Below, piece after piece: positions 1 through 11,278 of a stretch of DNA of 64,000 bases (position 1 is its first letter; each line of letters starts with the position of its first letter). The DNA is from Meyerozyma guilliermondii (Eukaryota). Under the pieces are notes generated by a model. That model was not told where the DNA came from. It searched no databases and worked only from the letters and a program-made list of their open reading frames with translations. The stretch spans positions 930,001-994,000 of the forward strand of contig CP128818.1 in assembly GCA_051546255.1 (NCBI GenBank), given 5' to 3'. Both the position numbers and the translations under genes were made by a program.

Positions 1-3000
1 AGGTCCACTTTGCTTGACGCCAAAGATGAGGTCGATCCAAAGATGGAGGTTTGCAGACACATAGGAGCTCTCTAGAGCCTCTCTGTTCTTTGCAATAAAT
101 ATTTTCGGGTCACCATGGGCCCATGGAGGTAGTAGCACATCGTTGACCGAGGTTCCATTTTGAAGGTTTCCCAACGCAAAATTATTGGAGTTGACTAAGA
201 ACTCAGGAAGGTAGAAGAACTCGGGCGTGAGCTCTTTGACATCTGTGGTGTTATCGCGAGCAGCCAGGTTCCAAGCCTTTTCAACTGAGTAGAATAGTCT
301 ATCGGCATGGTCGAATTTTCCACCTTGCAAAAGCAAATACGACTGAACATGAGGTCGAAGTCGAATGAGATACGATGTCACCACCATAGCCGAAGAATAA
401 TGGGTTCCGTAATGGAACGGTGGAGCATGCTTGTCATTCAAGCTTTCTAAAGCCTCGTACCGCTCTTTGAACTGGTTTGCTCGTGGCTGGGTTTGAGCGC
501 CCATTGGCTTGGATAAATCTCTGAACGAGGCAGGATTCAGAAGATCCAATGTTTCGCTGGTATAGTCGGAAATTACCCAAGGAAACACGGGGTACTGGGT
601 CAAATCATTGTAGGTTCTTCCAGCGATCGTATTGATTATCATGAGATAGTAGAAGTTGGATATCTCTCCCATCTTCCATTTTTTCGTAGCTTCAAGGACA
701 TTCATATTGGCGAAAGCCAGGGTGAATTTGGACGCAAAGAAAGAGCCAGTATTGGAGTTGCTGGTGCTGTGGTGCAAGATACTGGAATTGAGCGCCTTGG
801 TGAGATCAGAATCTAAACCAACCCCAGTAGCCAACGACAGTAGCTTGGAATAGATACTATCACGATCTTTCTTGGAAAGACAAGTAACCAAGACACTGGC
901 TCCGTCGCTGAAAAACATCTCCATGGCCACGTCCCGAAGCAAAAATTGTCGCTTGGAAACGCAACTTAGTTTCTCCAAGCTCCAATTCTTGTTTCGGTGA
1001 AGTTTGTGCTCCATCTTGGCGGAAGACGATTGTGAGTTGATGAGCTGCAAATATGGATCTCTGAGCTCTGGTGGAGCATTCGAGGCATTGACAACCGTTC
1101 CATCGGCGCAATGCAAGTAGTTTTCGATCAAGTATATATGGGTGTTGCCTAGAATCATCAAGCTCTCGATAGGTGCCAAACCGTTAATCTGGCTCACATT
1201 CCAGAGCGCAACAATTTGATCTCCCATGTAGAGGCTTCGTAAGACTCTTCGATTGCGATCATCAAAGTCAGTGTTTTCATCGGTATCCTCATCATTGATT
1301 ATCTCGTAGTCGTCGGCGTCGTTGGTATCATCCACCTCTGTTGAAAGAGCCATGGAGCTGAGTCCAGAGACTGCTTGCTCATAGGTGAGTGCTTGGTCTT
1401 TAAGAGGGAGTTCTTTCGTGGGCACGCTGAGATTATAAGAAAGTCTTTCCGACTCAGAAAGGTGCTCTTCGAGTATAGTTCTCTTGCGCATACTATCGTT
1501 GTTCTCAATATAGTCCAACGAGTAACTTGAAACTTGGCGTCGACTGTCACCCAAGAGCCTTGTAAACTCTGTCTTGTAACTATTGTAGGAGGTTATGAAA
1601 AACTGAGAATTCTCTTCTTTGTCCTGAATGGTTCGGTTGTACTTTAATGTCTCGGTATGGATTATCAGGCTCTTGAGTCTCTCACAATCACGGACAAAAA
1701 TGTCCAAGTATCCACTGTCGTTTAGTCCCAAGGAGCTTCCGTTGTGAAGCATAACGCTCATCATATCCATGACTTTGAGCCGGCTGGCACCAGACCTTTG
1801 GTCTTCAGGGCTGACAATTAACGAAAATTTTGACATGAAGAATCTTTTAACCTTGGGAAGATTTATACTCTTCATTGACTCGGAGTCATTTTGAGACATC
1901 AAAGCTCGGTAAAATTCTATCACGATCAGCTGGCGATCTTGCTGGCCCTCCACGGTAGCCTCACGAACAATCCGGTCAAATCTATCCATGGTAAGCATGT
2001 ATGAGGTGCGCATAAAACTGATGGTATATTCCATTACCGCACTCTGTTCACTTTTCGGAAACTTGAAGTAGGTCCCCCATATTAGCGTGATAATTCTGCT
2101 CAACTGAACATCGTTCAACACTTCTTGTTGAAAGACGGTGGTTTGTCGATAAAGAAGAAACTTCAACACAGAGTTCAATTCTTCTTCCAAATCTTTGTTA
2201 GCCAGATACTCGTCTTCGTCTTGTCTTTCGTTACCAACTGTACACTCTGCGATCTCTAGAACTCTCATGACAATAATTTGGCCAAGATACGATTTTAACT
2301 TGCTCAAAAGCGAAAGTTTGTGCAATTGATGAGGAGCAGAATCAACGAGCTCTACCACCGATACGAGACATTTAGTGAACAAATCAGTTGTCTCTCCACT
2401 GACGTAGTAATTTCTTCCAATGAAGTTGTTGAAGTAGTAGCACAAACAAGTCAGTGATCCTTCAACAAAATCAATGACACTGGCATCAAAACTGTTTTTG
2501 TCTATGCTGTTCACAAACTGTTCAATGTGGCCAATGATGCTGGGGAATATAGTGTCCAATGCTATTTGCCTAGTTATGTCATTGAGCGACCGCAAAGTTG
2601 CAAGCAAATTCTTTGAATCATTGATTTTGGAAAAGAAGATTTCCGTCAACACTTCCACCCATGCTTTGTAACAAGATTCGAAACTCGATCTGATATCCTT
2701 GTTAATCCAAGTTAGTGAAAGCCTCAAGTGTGCAAGAAGCTCAAAGGCACCCTCCAAGTACTCTGCGCTAGTGAACACTTGCGCAAGAGCTGGTATTCTT
2801 CTGAAACCGTTTCTTATAGCGTCTGGCATTTGGTTTAACAAGTGCAAAACATTCAAAGAAACTTCAACATTATTACAAGTGTTGACTATTGACTTCCTTG
2901 GTGAATTGGGAGCGCTCAATAACTTTCCACTGGCTTTGCTGAGAACGTTCATGGAATTGAGCATCACGTTGTTGAGTACTAGAAGAAGCTGCGGTAGGGC

Positions 3001-5664
3001 TAAGACTCCATCAGGCTGGTCTTTCGAAGCAATTGCTTCAATTATCAGATTGATAGACTCATTTTCATAATCAGAATCTTTCAGTAAAGCTTCTTCACTG
3101 AAAGACAACTTGAAGAGCAATCTCACAATATCGTCATTAGACCACCAATCTTTCAAATAGTAAGTCAACACCTCTTTGCCGTGACTTCCTTGAAAGAATC
3201 TCTTTTGAACATTGGGCCCAAGAGCACGGAGAAGTTTAGCGAAAAGTTTCATAGCACACTTAACCACCCCCTCGTTAGTCTGGGATGTATTGTTGCAGCC
3301 AAGAAGTAAAAGAATCCAGTGCAAAGTAATAGCACGAGAAAATCTTTTGACTTTCTTTGGCAGTCTTGTCCTTTCACATAACACAGATGTCATCAGATTG
3401 AGAATTTCTAGGCCAATCTGATGCTGCGCAGTTCTTGAAATATCAATGTAGCTCTCTTCGTCTTCTTGTGCCATGTTTCTGGGAGTTATAGGTTCAGAAG
3501 GAATCAACAAGTATACAACAAATAATGAAAGTGCTCGTATGCTCTCAATGGAGGAGTCCACTATAACGATATTCTTGACCACTCTTGTCAACTCAGCCAT
3601 GGTCTCAGATGATAACTCAGCACAGCCATCCGAGTTGATCGAAGCTTTCAAGATGTGCACCAACTTGCGGAGTAATTTAAGTTTCTGTAGTTCAATCAAG
3701 TTCCACCGACAATACTCTCCCCCACTAATCATGGAATTGAGGTGCTTTAAAAAAACTTGCAACGAAGTCCCGCTTCCTGCAAAGATATGATCGGCATTGA
3801 GTATCAAATGGCGGTAGATTTGGGGGTTCGTTAAAAGCGGTGAGCCAGCGTTGGAATATCCACAGTGTTTAAGGATACACAGAATTAGTTTTTCTTTCAC
3901 TTTTTCGCTTCTGTTATCGATTCCGTTGGAGAGAAGGATGCTTAAAATACCGTAGCCGCTGATGTTTTCGAACTCTCTCGCTATACGCCAGTTTCTGTTG
4001 ATGATGGAAAAGAGCAATTCAATGGCTGCGAAAAACGCACTTTCCTCAGCTGCTAAATCAGCTTCAGGCTTCCGAGACTCTTTCTCAATTAACCTGAGGA
4101 GGAAATACGTACCTCCCACACTGTAGAAAGAACTTGTGAGACTTTTTGCTTTGTGGACAACGATCTTTGAATACTTAGGAGCTTCCAAATCACTCAAGCG
4201 ACTGCCATTAAAGTCAAGAAGTACATTCTCGTTTCGGAATGTTTGCTGCATTAAATGGCGTGTGTGTCGTATACGGCTGTCGATAGAGCCATCTTGGACC
4301 TGTTTGTGAGCTCTTTGCTTTCCTGAGTTGTCTCGATAGTGCTCTTTAACTCTCAATTCTGCTACCTTAGAAGCAAAATCCACGAATCTTTGACCTTGAA
4401 TTTCATTCATGAGACTTAAAACATTGTTCAGCGACAAATCCTTGTAACTCCAGTCATAATTAAATCCAATTGCATGTAAAAATGCGATCCATTGGTGGTT
4501 CAATGCTATGTTCAACACAGCTAGATTGCGTACTATGAGCTCACTTTGTCCTATAGGATGACAATATTCATTTTGGGTCGAGCCAATGTATAGTTTTTTC
4601 CATCCGCCAGCAGCGCTCTGAAGTATAGGACAGGGAATGTACTCGCTGCAGTCGCCATCTATGAAAAGACTGAGTCGCTGTGAAGGATCGTAGGTTATGG
4701 CAATATGGTTAAAGTCGTTATCAGCTCCGTTGCTGGTGAATTTTTGGTTGAATGGGAACAGTATCACAGATTGATTACCGTTGTTATATAGGTCAACCAC
4801 TAGCTGATAAGAACAAATTTCACTGTCCAAAAGTAACTTTATCATTACTGTGTGTCCGGCATCCTCTGCGGACGAGGGCGCTAGTTGAAACAAGACTATG
4901 CTTCTAGTATCATCAGACTTTTCATTATTGCAAAAGCTGTCGAGTTTGAACCAGAATTGAATTGTGAAGCAATGCAGAATTTCGCTCGTTGAAGCAAACG
5001 GGATTGTTATGGGCTGTTTTTCATAATCGTTAAATACCAATGTAGGTATGTTGGAAGTTGAATTTGAGAGGATTTTTTTCAAAAGAGTTATATGGAAAGT
5101 TGATGAGGAATGGTTGGCCGAGTCAACTTTTCCAACCAATGGGGCCATAAGTTGCTTTAAATAAGTAAAGTCGCCTCCAAGTTCAGCGTACGCCACCAAT
5201 ACTCTCACATGCTGAGATATGAGACAGTGGACTTCTTCTGGGTGAACTTTGTCATTTGCAAGATCCAATTTGAACAAACTTGCAGCAAATAGCTCATGAA
5301 ACCCGCTTCTAAAAAGCTCAATTTTGACAGTGAATGATACAGTACTTGCACATACTAGTATTTCAAACAATACGATACGAAGTATAGGATATTCGATACC
5401 TTGAGGAGAATCTAGCATATCAAGAAACCCTTTCAAGTCATCCTTGTCAATAAAGGGAGCAGTATTTCGAGGTGGTGGTGCTAGTAAAACTTCTTCGGAA
5501 ACAATATCCGATAACTCATTCTGATTTCTGGCTACATCCAGTAATTCTGCCCGCCAATTGTCCAAGAGCTCCCTATTAATGGTGTAATTACGGAGAACCT
5601 TATCGCATAGAAAATTGATAATTGGAATCGACAGGTCATCTTGGACAATTTCCGAGTCCACCAT
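1..5664 (-). CDS. BPH1: BEACH-domain (beige/LYST-like) protein, 3' end beyond window
   Basis: Not in the ORF track because it is truncated. ATG at 5664 with an in-frame TAG just upstream. Bases 1-660 translate to BEACH motifs (GRTYNDLTQYPVFPW, FHYGTHYSS, DVKELTPEFFYLPEFL, HLWIDLIFG). Confidence 0.88.
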   Translation of the reverse strand, partial: MVDSEIVQDDLSIPIINFLCDKVLRNYTINRELLDNWRAELLDVARNQNELSDIVSEEVLLAPPPRNTAPFIDKDDLKGFLDMLDSPQGIEYPILRIVLFEILVCASTVSFTVKIELFRSGFHELFAASLFKLDLANDKVHPEEVHCLISQHVRVLVAYAELGGDFTYLKQLMAPLVGKVDSANHSSSTFHITLLKKILSNSTSNIPTLVFNDYEKQPITIPFASTSEILHCFTIQFWFKLDSFCNNEKSDDTRSIVLFQLAPSSAEDAGHTVMIKLLLDSEICSYQLVVDLYNNGNQSVILFPFNQKFTSNGADNDFNHIAITYDPSQRLSLFIDGDCSEYIPCPILQSAAGGWKKLYIGSTQNEYCHPIGQSELIVRNLAVLNIALNHQWIAFLHAIGFNYDWSYKDLSLNNVLSLMNEIQGQRFVDFASKVAELRVKEHYRDNSGKQRAHKQVQDGSIDSRIRHTRHLMQQTFRNENVLLDFNGSRLSDLEAPKYSKIVVHKAKSLTSSFYSVGGTYFLLRLIEKESRKPEADLAAEESAFFAAIELLFSIINRNWRIAREFENISGYGILSILLSNGIDNRSEKVKEKLILCILKHCGYSNAGSPLLTNPQIYRHLILNADHIFAGSGTSLQVFLKHLNSMISGGEYCRWNLIELQKLKLLRKLVHILKASINSDGCAELSSETMAELTRVVKNIVIVDSSIESIRALSLFVVYLLIPSEPITPRNMAQEDEESYIDISRTAQHQIGLEILNLMTSVLCERTRLPKKVKRFSRAITLHWILLLLGCNNTSQTNEGVVKCAMKLFAKLLRALGPNVQKRFFQGSHGKEVLTYYLKDWWSNDDIVRLLFKLSFSEEALLKDSDYENESINLIIEAIASKDQPDGVLALPQLLLVLNNVMLNSMNVLSKASGKLLSAPNSPRKSIVNTCNNVEVSLNVLHLLNQMPDAIRNGFRRIPALAQVFTSAEYLEGAFELLAHLRLSLTWINKDIRSSFESCYKAWVEVLTEIFFSKINDSKNLLATLRSLNDITRQIALDTIFPSIIGHIEQFVNSIDKNSFDASVIDFVEGSLTCLCYYFNNFIGRNYYVSGETTDLFTKCLVSVVELVDSAPHQLHKLSLLSKLKSYLGQIIVMRVLEIAECTVGNERQDEDEYLANKDLEEELNSVLKFLLYRQTTVFQQEVLNDVQLSRIITLIWGTYFKFPKSEQSAVMEYTISFMRTSYMLTMDRFDRIVREATVEGQQDRQLIVIEFYRALMSQNDSESMKSINLPKVKRFFMSKFSLIVSPEDQRSGASRLKVMDMMSVMLHNGSSLGLNDSGYLDIFVRDCERLKSLIIHTETLKYNRTIQDKEENSQFFITSYNSYKTEFTRLLGDSRRQVSSYSLDYIENNDSMRKRTILEEHLSESERLSYNLSVPTKELPLKDQALTYEQAVSGLSSMALSTEVDDTNDADDYEIINDEDTDENTDFDDRNRRVLRSLYMGDQIVALWNVSQINGLAPIESLMILGNTHIYLIENYLHCADGTVVNASNAPPELRDPYLQLINSQSSSAKMEHKLHRNKNWSLEKLSCVSKRQFLLRDVAMEMFFSDGASVLVTCLSKKDRDSIYSKLLSLATGVGLDSDLTKALNSSILHHSTSNSNTGSFFASKFTLAFANMNVLEATKKWKMGEISNFYYLMIINTIAGRTYNDLTQYPVFPWVISDYTSETLDLLNPASFRDLSKPMGAQTQPRANQFKERYEALESLNDKHAPPFHYGTHYSSAMVVTSYLIRLRPHVQSYLLLQGGKFDHADRLFYSVEKAWNLAARDNTTDVKELTPEFFYLPEFLVNSNNFALGNLQNGTSVNDVLLPPWAHGDPKIFIAKNREALESSYVSANLHLWIDLIFGVKQSGP

Positions 5665-6152
5665 TGTGCTTTCCTAGCTCCAGAGAGTGTGCTGATCAAG
5701 TATTGCGAGCTGAACTGTCGTTTTCGTGTGTTGTGGTGATTAAGTTAAGTGGTTCTGGAGAATAAATTAGAGTCTGGGGTTTGACATGGTAGTTATATGC
5801 AGGATGATAGAAATTGTTAAAAGCAATCGAGGGCACGATAACTATCAAAGAAGTGCAAGCAGTTGAGCTACGTACAGGAACCAAACTGATCAAAAGTAGA
5901 GTTTACTTCTATTTCTTCGACAACTTTTCTTCTTTTGCAATTGTGGTTTCAACGCCCATCTCGCGCTGTCTGCAGGACTCTCACAAATGGCGATCGATTC
6001 CTTCAGAAGATTGTTAGACTACTTACGCCACAAATAACCAATTCAAAAACAATTTGACGGCGTGAAACTCGTATATATCGTCCAAGCGTATCCTAAAAAG
6101 TCTCTGTGTACCATTGGAGACAAGCAACCATCTTAGCATATTGAGATCAAAA

Positions 6153-9100
6153 ATGGTGCAGGACATCACCGATAACAATTCTGTCTCTGGCGAAGAACCG
6201 CTGCCTATTTTAAGCCCCCTACCTCAGAATGGGGAATCTTCCAACGATTCTGAACAGCATGCTGGTTTTGGCAAAGAAGCACTTTCTCTTAGCTCGGTGA
6301 CATCGACTTCTTCGGTTCCTGCTGACGACAAAGAAAGTCAAATATTGACTGAAAGACGCCAGGAAATCGAAGATCTTCTCAAAACCTCATACGGAGCAGA
6401 GGGGGATCTCTGGTACATCATTTCACATGTCTTTCTCAAGACTTTCCTATACCTACAAGTGGATTCATGGTCGCAACTTGCTAATGAGCTTGGACCATTG
6501 GATATGAATCTGATTGTGGATCCTATGGGTAACCTATACCCTGAAAAGGACGAGCCTGTGCCCACATACAACGTGCCCCCACAAGTTTTTATAAAGCTTA
6601 CTGAGTGGTTTGAAGTAAAAGGAGACCCGGTTGTACGCACACTTGTGAAAAATCCAGAAACTGGTTCGATCGAAGTAGAGAGGCATCCCACGTTGTTTGC
6701 GTTGCACCAGCTCGTGAAAAACACACCACAGCGCCATGGTCGGTACCAGAGCTCTCATCACAACTACAACCACCATCCAACATCTTTCTTTCTTTCAAGA
6801 ATAAGAACCATAGGTGAGTTGCTCGAAACTGTTCGGTCTCAGATTAAGCTTGAGAAGAAGTTTAGAGTCTGGGTAATTGCTCCACTTAATGATGTCGGAG
6901 AGACCATTTCTCCTAGTATCACTATTCCATACTTTGTTCGTTCTATTCCTCGAAAGTCGTTGATTCTTCCTGGACTATTCGAGGCGACGCTTTCGAGTCA
7001 AGGTTTGGCCAACCAGAAATTCCATCTTTTGGTCGAAACTGCTGAGAAACCCAACCGTAACTCGCTGTTATCCTTTCCCTTGGATACCTACCTACTGTCC
7101 ATCAAGTTGGAGGCACAAAGACTCGATGCTGTCACTGGCAGAAGTACAACTGGTGGCTCGGGAGGAACCGTGGGCTTCTCCAACTTAGGCAATACTTGCT
7201 ACATGAACTCAGCGCTTCAATGCTTGCTTCACGTACCCGAAGTCAACAACTATTTCTTCTTGGATATCCACAACAAAGAGCTCAACACCACCAATGCCTT
7301 GGGATTCAAAGGTGAAGTTGCCATGGCCTTTGCCTCACTTTTGCACAAAGCGTTCGACCCAACATCTCTGGTCTCTAGCGTCTCTCCCAGAGATTTCAAG
7401 TACACCATCGGTCATTATTCCTCGATGTTTCTGGGCTACCAGCAACAAGATTCTCAGGAATTTCTAAGCTGGCTACTTGATGCGCTTCACGAAGACTTGA
7501 ACCGTATCCTTAATAAACCCTACAGCGAAAAGCCAGAACTCAGTGATGATGATATAGGCAACCAACGGGCCATCATGGAACTAGCAGAAAAGTGCTGGAT
7601 GCAACATAAGCAACGAAATGATTCTGTTATCGTGGACTTGTTCACTGGGCTCTATCAATCTACATTGGTGTGCCCCGATTGTGGAAAGACCTCAATAACC
7701 TTTGATCCCTTCAGTGATTTGACCCTTCCTTTGCCTATAGAAAAGAAATGGTTTCATACAATTACGGTTGTGGATATGTCAGATAAGCTGAGCCTGAACA
7801 AAATCAAAACCTTGGAAATATCGCTACCAAAATCCTCCACATTTGATTCGCTCGTTCTGTACTTGTCAGAATTCTTCCATTTGCCTCGCCATTACTTCTT
7901 TGTCTTTGAACTATACAACGACGCAATCATAAAAAACTTCCAGGAAGAATACCAGCAGCTCAAATTCTTCCCTATTAATGAACTCTTGGCTGAAGATGAC
8001 GACCACTACGTTTACATTATACCTCATGATCCGTCCCGTGATATTATCGTGCCGGTATTTAGTACGTTGGAGGACTCAGACCCTTCATATAAAATGGTGC
8101 ATGCTTTCGGGATACCGCTATTTCTTGTTTTGGATGAGAACGAGAGATTGGATTATGCTGTTGTTCAAAGCAAGATCGAGGAGTTGACTCGCTATTTAGA
8201 AGTTGACAGTTTCGAGAGCTCGCCAGAAGACGACAAAATGGATGAGGATTCGACCAAAGAATCGAGACCCTTCTATTCGGTGAAATATATTGATGAGATC
8301 AAAATGAGACACACCTTTAGAATGAGACCTCGTCCCGACACTGATAGTAGCTTACAGGCACCAGTCACTCGTCTCAACTTTAACCGTCTTCCAGATTTAC
8401 TTGAACGAGCCTCTGCGGACGAACAAAAGTTCTACATTAAATCGCAGTCTGATTCTCCAATTGAAAAAGAGGCCGATTCTCCTATTGAAAACGAAAAAGA
8501 CGAGGAAACCACTGAAGCATCCGACTATGTTCTCGTCGAAAATTCCAAGTCACCAGCTAGTAAATCTCCCGTCAAGTTGCTGGACGATGAAACCGATGGA
8601 GATGGGTTTGTCAATCTTGGGCTGTTATTTGACTCCACCACCACATTGCCCACACCGTGCGAGGTTAGTGAGTCAGAAACAGGCTCGCTAGGAGATATTG
8701 CAAATAGCTCTCAGCCAAGTCCTTCAGAGGACATGTTGGTTACCAAGCATATGGTGTTGGTGTGTCAATGGAGAAATGCTGCCTACGCTCAAGTTTTCGA
8801 CAAAGACGAAGCCAAGGCGTGGAAGAACAAACTATCCATTCGAAATGAAGCTGTGGAAGCAAGTAGACTCAAGGCAGAGAAGCAAAGAAGAACCACCGTG
8901 CTGTTGGTGGACTGCTTGCAAAGTTTCAGCACCCCGGAGGTTCTTGGTGAGTTTGACTTGTGGTACTGTCCTCGCTGCAAGGATCATAAGAGAGCTACCA
9001 AGACGATTCAAATTTGGTCTACAGGAGACATTTTGACCATTCATCTCAAGCGATTTCAGAGTGCTCGCTCGTTCAGTGACAAGATTGATTTGACTGTGGA

Positions 9101-9662
9101 TTTCCCCATTGAGGGTCTTGACATGTCTAACTTTGTAGCTGGTGGAGACGAGTCGTTGATATACGACTTAATTGCGGTTGATAACCACTACGGTGGGCTT
9201 GGAGGGGGCCATTATACTGCGTCGGTGAAAAATTTCAGAGATGGAAAATGGTACTATTTCAATGATAGCCATGTTTCTCCCATTGAAGATCCCACGCAAT
9301 GTATAACTGGTGCGGCCTACTTGTTGTTTTATCGCAAGCGAAGTAGTGCACCTTTGGGTGGGCCGAAATTGGAGAGTTTGTTCAGCGAAGGGTCGCAGGA
9401 ATATAATCGTACTTTTACGCAGTTTGAGCTGACGGTTGTGGATCTTCAGCAACAAGTTGAAAAATACGACGAGGAGGAAGCACAGACTGGCAAAGAGGAC
9501 GAGGAAGTCCCCAGTTCGAATAAAAAATCGAGATCACCAGCGGCAGAAAACGACCCATATTTTAAAGGCGACGACGACAGTCTTTTTAACAAGCGGAAAC
9601 AACGTCTCATTTCCAAGGATCCCGAGCTGGAACGAGAGGACTCGGAGCTGGAGAGCAGCTGA
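6153..9662 (+). CDS. UBP12: Ubiquitin-specific protease (USP4/11/15-like)
   Basis: Cys box GFSNLGNTCYMNSALQCL, QQQDSQEF, CPDC/CPRC zinc ribbon, His box HYGGLGGGHYTA...WYYFND. First ATG 6153 (the track starts at an upstream TTG). Confidence 0.88.
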   Translation: MVQDITDNNSVSGEEPLPILSPLPQNGESSNDSEQHAGFGKEALSLSSVTSTSSVPADDKESQILTERRQEIEDLLKTSYGAEGDLWYIISHVFLKTFLYLQVDSWSQLANELGPLDMNLIVDPMGNLYPEKDEPVPTYNVPPQVFIKLTEWFEVKGDPVVRTLVKNPETGSIEVERHPTLFALHQLVKNTPQRHGRYQSSHHNYNHHPTSFFLSRIRTIGELLETVRSQIKLEKKFRVWVIAPLNDVGETISPSITIPYFVRSIPRKSLILPGLFEATLSSQGLANQKFHLLVETAEKPNRNSLLSFPLDTYLLSIKLEAQRLDAVTGRSTTGGSGGTVGFSNLGNTCYMNSALQCLLHVPEVNNYFFLDIHNKELNTTNALGFKGEVAMAFASLLHKAFDPTSLVSSVSPRDFKYTIGHYSSMFLGYQQQDSQEFLSWLLDALHEDLNRILNKPYSEKPELSDDDIGNQRAIMELAEKCWMQHKQRNDSVIVDLFTGLYQSTLVCPDCGKTSITFDPFSDLTLPLPIEKKWFHTITVVDMSDKLSLNKIKTLEISLPKSSTFDSLVLYLSEFFHLPRHYFFVFELYNDAIIKNFQEEYQQLKFFPINELLAEDDDHYVYIIPHDPSRDIIVPVFSTLEDSDPSYKMVHAFGIPLFLVLDENERLDYAVVQSKIEELTRYLEVDSFESSPEDDKMDEDSTKESRPFYSVKYIDEIKMRHTFRMRPRPDTDSSLQAPVTRLNFNRLPDLLERASADEQKFYIKSQSDSPIEKEADSPIENEKDEETTEASDYVLVENSKSPASKSPVKLLDDETDGDGFVNLGLLFDSTTTLPTPCEVSESETGSLGDIANSSQPSPSEDMLVTKHMVLVCQWRNAAYAQVFDKDEAKAWKNKLSIRNEAVEASRLKAEKQRRTTVLLVDCLQSFSTPEVLGEFDLWYCPRCKDHKRATKTIQIWSTGDILTIHLKRFQSARSFSDKIDLTVDFPIEGLDMSNFVAGGDESLIYDLIAVDNHYGGLGGGHYTASVKNFRDGKWYYFNDSHVSPIEDPTQCITGAAYLLFYRKRSSAPLGGPKLESLFSEGSQEYNRTFTQFELTVVDLQQQVEKYDEEEAQTGKEDEEVPSSNKKSRSPAAENDPYFKGDDDSLFNKRKQRLISKDPELEREDSELESS

Positions 9663-9710
9663 GAAAAGTGCTTAGGAGATGGTATTAGTAGTATGTACGA
9701 ATCTAATGAG

Positions 9711-10688
9711 CTATGGTGCCAATTCGGCTCGTAATTGCGACAACTCGATTGCCTTTTTTATCATATTTCGGTCGATGTTTCCCGAGAGACTGAAGCCCTG
9801 GAGTTTATCTTTGGTAGTGATGATGTTCATTCTGGAGGTAGCTGCCGTTTCTTCAGCGTCACCTTCAAGCTGAGCCAAAAGCACCGACTGGTTCACCACA
9901 CCAAACGACGACGATAAGCCGATATTTGCAGTTTCGAGCTCCAAAGGTTTCAGTATCTCAGCATTTGCATCGATGTTGAGCTGTTGCTGTGAATTTAAAT
10001 GTCCAAAGTTACCTCGAGAACGAACAGGCACACGAATATCTACGGTATCATTAATGTACATCCGAGGAAGACGAACGTTAAGCAACGCTTCCACCAAAGC
10101 CTTGTGACAAATGTCGAAAAGCGGTCCGTCTCGCGACAACACCTTGAGATGGGCTGTCAAAACCATTTCGTGATTCACCATTCGCTGTTTGTCGAGAATC
10201 TCATATTCGTCTGGGTTGATATCTGGGTAGTAAATCAGCACCGACTGATGACCAGTGCCACGGTCATTGATCACCGCCACTCCAGGGGTCACCCTAAGTG
10301 ATTCTCTGGGGATAATTCTCGAATGCAACACCAGCTCGTAGAGTGACTCCGACAAGATCATTTCTTCGTCAGTTGGGGCGCCACTTCTACCTCGAGAAAC
10401 TTCCACCACGGGGTATATAGAGGCATATTTGGATGTATTTGTGGTGTCTCTCTCGACGGTTCCTACGGAAATGCCACAAAAAACGGTGGTAGATCCACTT
10501 TTCACGATGCTGGAACCGACGACCGGGATGCCGTCGGAGGTGTTTAGTGCTCCCAAAGTTGTTTTTAGAGGTTTAAACTCGTCAAATTCTCGCAAGCAAG
10601 GCCGCAAGCCCTCGGCAATATGACGATCAAGTGAGATGTCTGGCGCAACCCGGGCCAAAACATCGGGCAGAAACGATAGTTGCAGCAT
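9711..10688 (-). CDS. RRP43: Exosome RNase PH-like subunit
   Basis: N-terminus F.PDVLARVAPDISLDRHIAEGLRPCLREFDEF and YPVVEVSRGRSGAPTDEEM match Rrp43. Confidence 0.88.
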   Translation of the reverse strand: MLQLSFLPDVLARVAPDISLDRHIAEGLRPCLREFDEFKPLKTTLGALNTSDGIPVVGSSIVKSGSTTVFCGISVGTVERDTTNTSKYASIYPVVEVSRGRSGAPTDEEMILSESLYELVLHSRIIPRESLRVTPGVAVINDRGTGHQSVLIYYPDINPDEYEILDKQRMVNHEMVLTAHLKVLSRDGPLFDICHKALVEALLNVRLPRMYINDTVDIRVPVRSRGNFGHLNSQQQLNIDANAEILKPLELETANIGLSSSFGVVNQSVLLAQLEGDAEETAATSRMNIITTKDKLQGFSLSGNIDRNMIKKAIELSQLRAELAP

Positions 10689-10725
10689 AGCGATGTGAGG
10701 AAAACCGCGAAGATGAGGTGGTGGT

Positions 10726-11148
10726 CACGTGTGCGTTCACGTGCTCGTTCATATATGGATCACGTGTGTACTCGCGTGCCACTTATCGCCGGATCACATG
10801 GCTTCTCACGTCGGGTATCGCCGGTGGTGCGAGATCCGGTGGTCCTAGATCCGGTAGTCGCCGGCGGGCCGGTCAGGGACATTGGCACGGCTGTGATTGG
10901 CTAGCGATTAAATGCGATAAGGTACTGAAAACGGCAAAAAAGTCCAGCATTCATATGTTTGTATACAATTGGTGTCTGAGTCAAATTTTCACGCAACCAC
11001 CTCTATTTCAAGTCTCCTATTCATCTGGCCCCTATACCTAGTCGCCGGTACCGGTGGTCGAGGCGCATTCGCCTGCAGCACTACCGAGGGCCGGTGCGCG
11101 CACGCCGGCTTCCCCACCCTGATAACGAATGCGGCGCGATTTTATTGG
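10726..11148. promoter_or_regulatory. RRP43/GLT1 divergent promoter: CACGTG x3, GATA, Gcn4-type, Leu3-type and CCAAT sites
   Basis: CACGTG at 10726, 10738, 10761; CTTATC 10782, GATAAG 10916; TGAGTCA 10977-10983; CCGGTACCGG 11045-11054; ATTGG at 10881, 10896, 10968, 11144. Factor assignments are inferred from known consensus sequences. Confidence 0.6.
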
Positions 11149-11278
11149 CTGGCTGCGGCTAAACTAGTTCGAGTCTTACCCTGTCTAAGTGTGGGGCGTG
11201 GGATCGATACGAAAAGTTTTTTTTTTCTCTTTATAAACTTGGTTCTGGATTTGTTTTCTCGTAGAAGGCACCTCTATC

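Noticed and set aside
656..3790. Short track ORFs on both strands
   Set aside because: All lie within the BPH1 reading frame missing from the track.
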